Below, one piece after another: positions 63,393-64,000 of a DNA stretch of 64,000 nucleotides. The notes beneath the pieces are model-generated. The model was not told the DNA's origin and did not search any database. It worked only from the letters and a program-made list of their open reading frames with translations. The DNA comes from Octopus sinensis (Eukaryota). Positions within the stretch are counted from its first letter, which is position 1. Each line of letters opens with the position of its first letter. Made by a program: the position numbers and the translations under genes. The stretch lies in the NCBI RefSeq assembly GCF_006345805.1, contig NC_043007.1:23374001-23438000 (forward strand). Reading direction: 5' to 3'.

Positions 63393-63970
63393 ATCGATTT
63401 GGCTACTATTTCTTGAAGTTCAAAGGACCACGTAGAGTAACAGTGAAGTCAGAATGCAAGTTGCCAGGATATATATAAGGATTTCTGAATTTCAATGCTC
63501 TAACAACTCTTCCATCTTGAAGCTGGTGATATTATGTCCGTTCGTCTTTATGATTTATATCTAAAACATAATTATAATGCTTCCATCGTTAAACTGAGAT
63601 TTTTAGCCTAAGGAGACTGACACCTTCCAATTTGTCATGTAATCACATTTTCTGACCTAAAAGTGCAAATGATAATTTGTTTACCCTCCGAGATGTAAAT
63701 GCAGTTAAACTAACGCTTAAGTAGGTATTAGTAGATTCTGGTACCAGAAGAAATATAGCGCCAATTAGTTCAAAGATAGTCTTCGATGGCGCGACAGAGC
63801 TTGCTAAAATTATTTTCGATATTAAGCTGATTTAGAAGAAGAAGAAGGAAAAAAAGCAGCACTAAAAATATTTTCCATATGTTTATCATTAATTTCACTT
63901 CCTCTGCCAAGTAGGACTGAAGACTAAACGGACCAAACGCGATAGCGTATGCAGTTTTCATTTGACTTAC

Positions 63971-64000
63971 CGGCAATAGCAGGCACAACAGCACCAGCTG
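63971..64000 (-). CDS. Candidate 3' end of a host exon running off the window edge
   Basis: GC-richer sequence open in all three frames (QLVLLCLLLP / SWCCCACYC / AGAVVPAIA) followed by a consensus donor CCG|GTAAGT at 63970. Confidence 0.35.

Noticed and set aside
63770-63994. 74-aa hydrophobic ORF as a single-exon gene
   Set aside because: Non-ATG start and it reads through a consensus splice donor; better treated as exon plus intron

Overview
AT-rich, repeat-saturated animal genomic DNA with one 100-N assembly gap (10691-10790). The very high microsatellite load and the SINE repertoire fit a coleoid cephalopod such as Octopus (inference). No intact host protein-coding gene is visible. Nearly all ORFs in the track are translations of microsatellites or SINEs. 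The real coding remnants are transposon-derived: a DD37D (maT-type) Tc1/mariner pseudo-transposase, a mariner, a CR1-type LINE RT, a Myb/SANT-like ORF, and R4/Dong and Tx1-like 3' ends. Four SINE families with swapped head/core/tail modules, several MITEs and a non-autonomous Helitron fill the rest. The most striking signal is a set of eight minimal hammerhead-ribozyme-like motifs of the Penelope-like-element type, from several distinct repeat families. Two look structurally complete, one carries the compensatory U3-A8 core variant, and two of the families form long palindromes. A consensus minus-strand splice donor at the right edge suggests the window may be a large intron.
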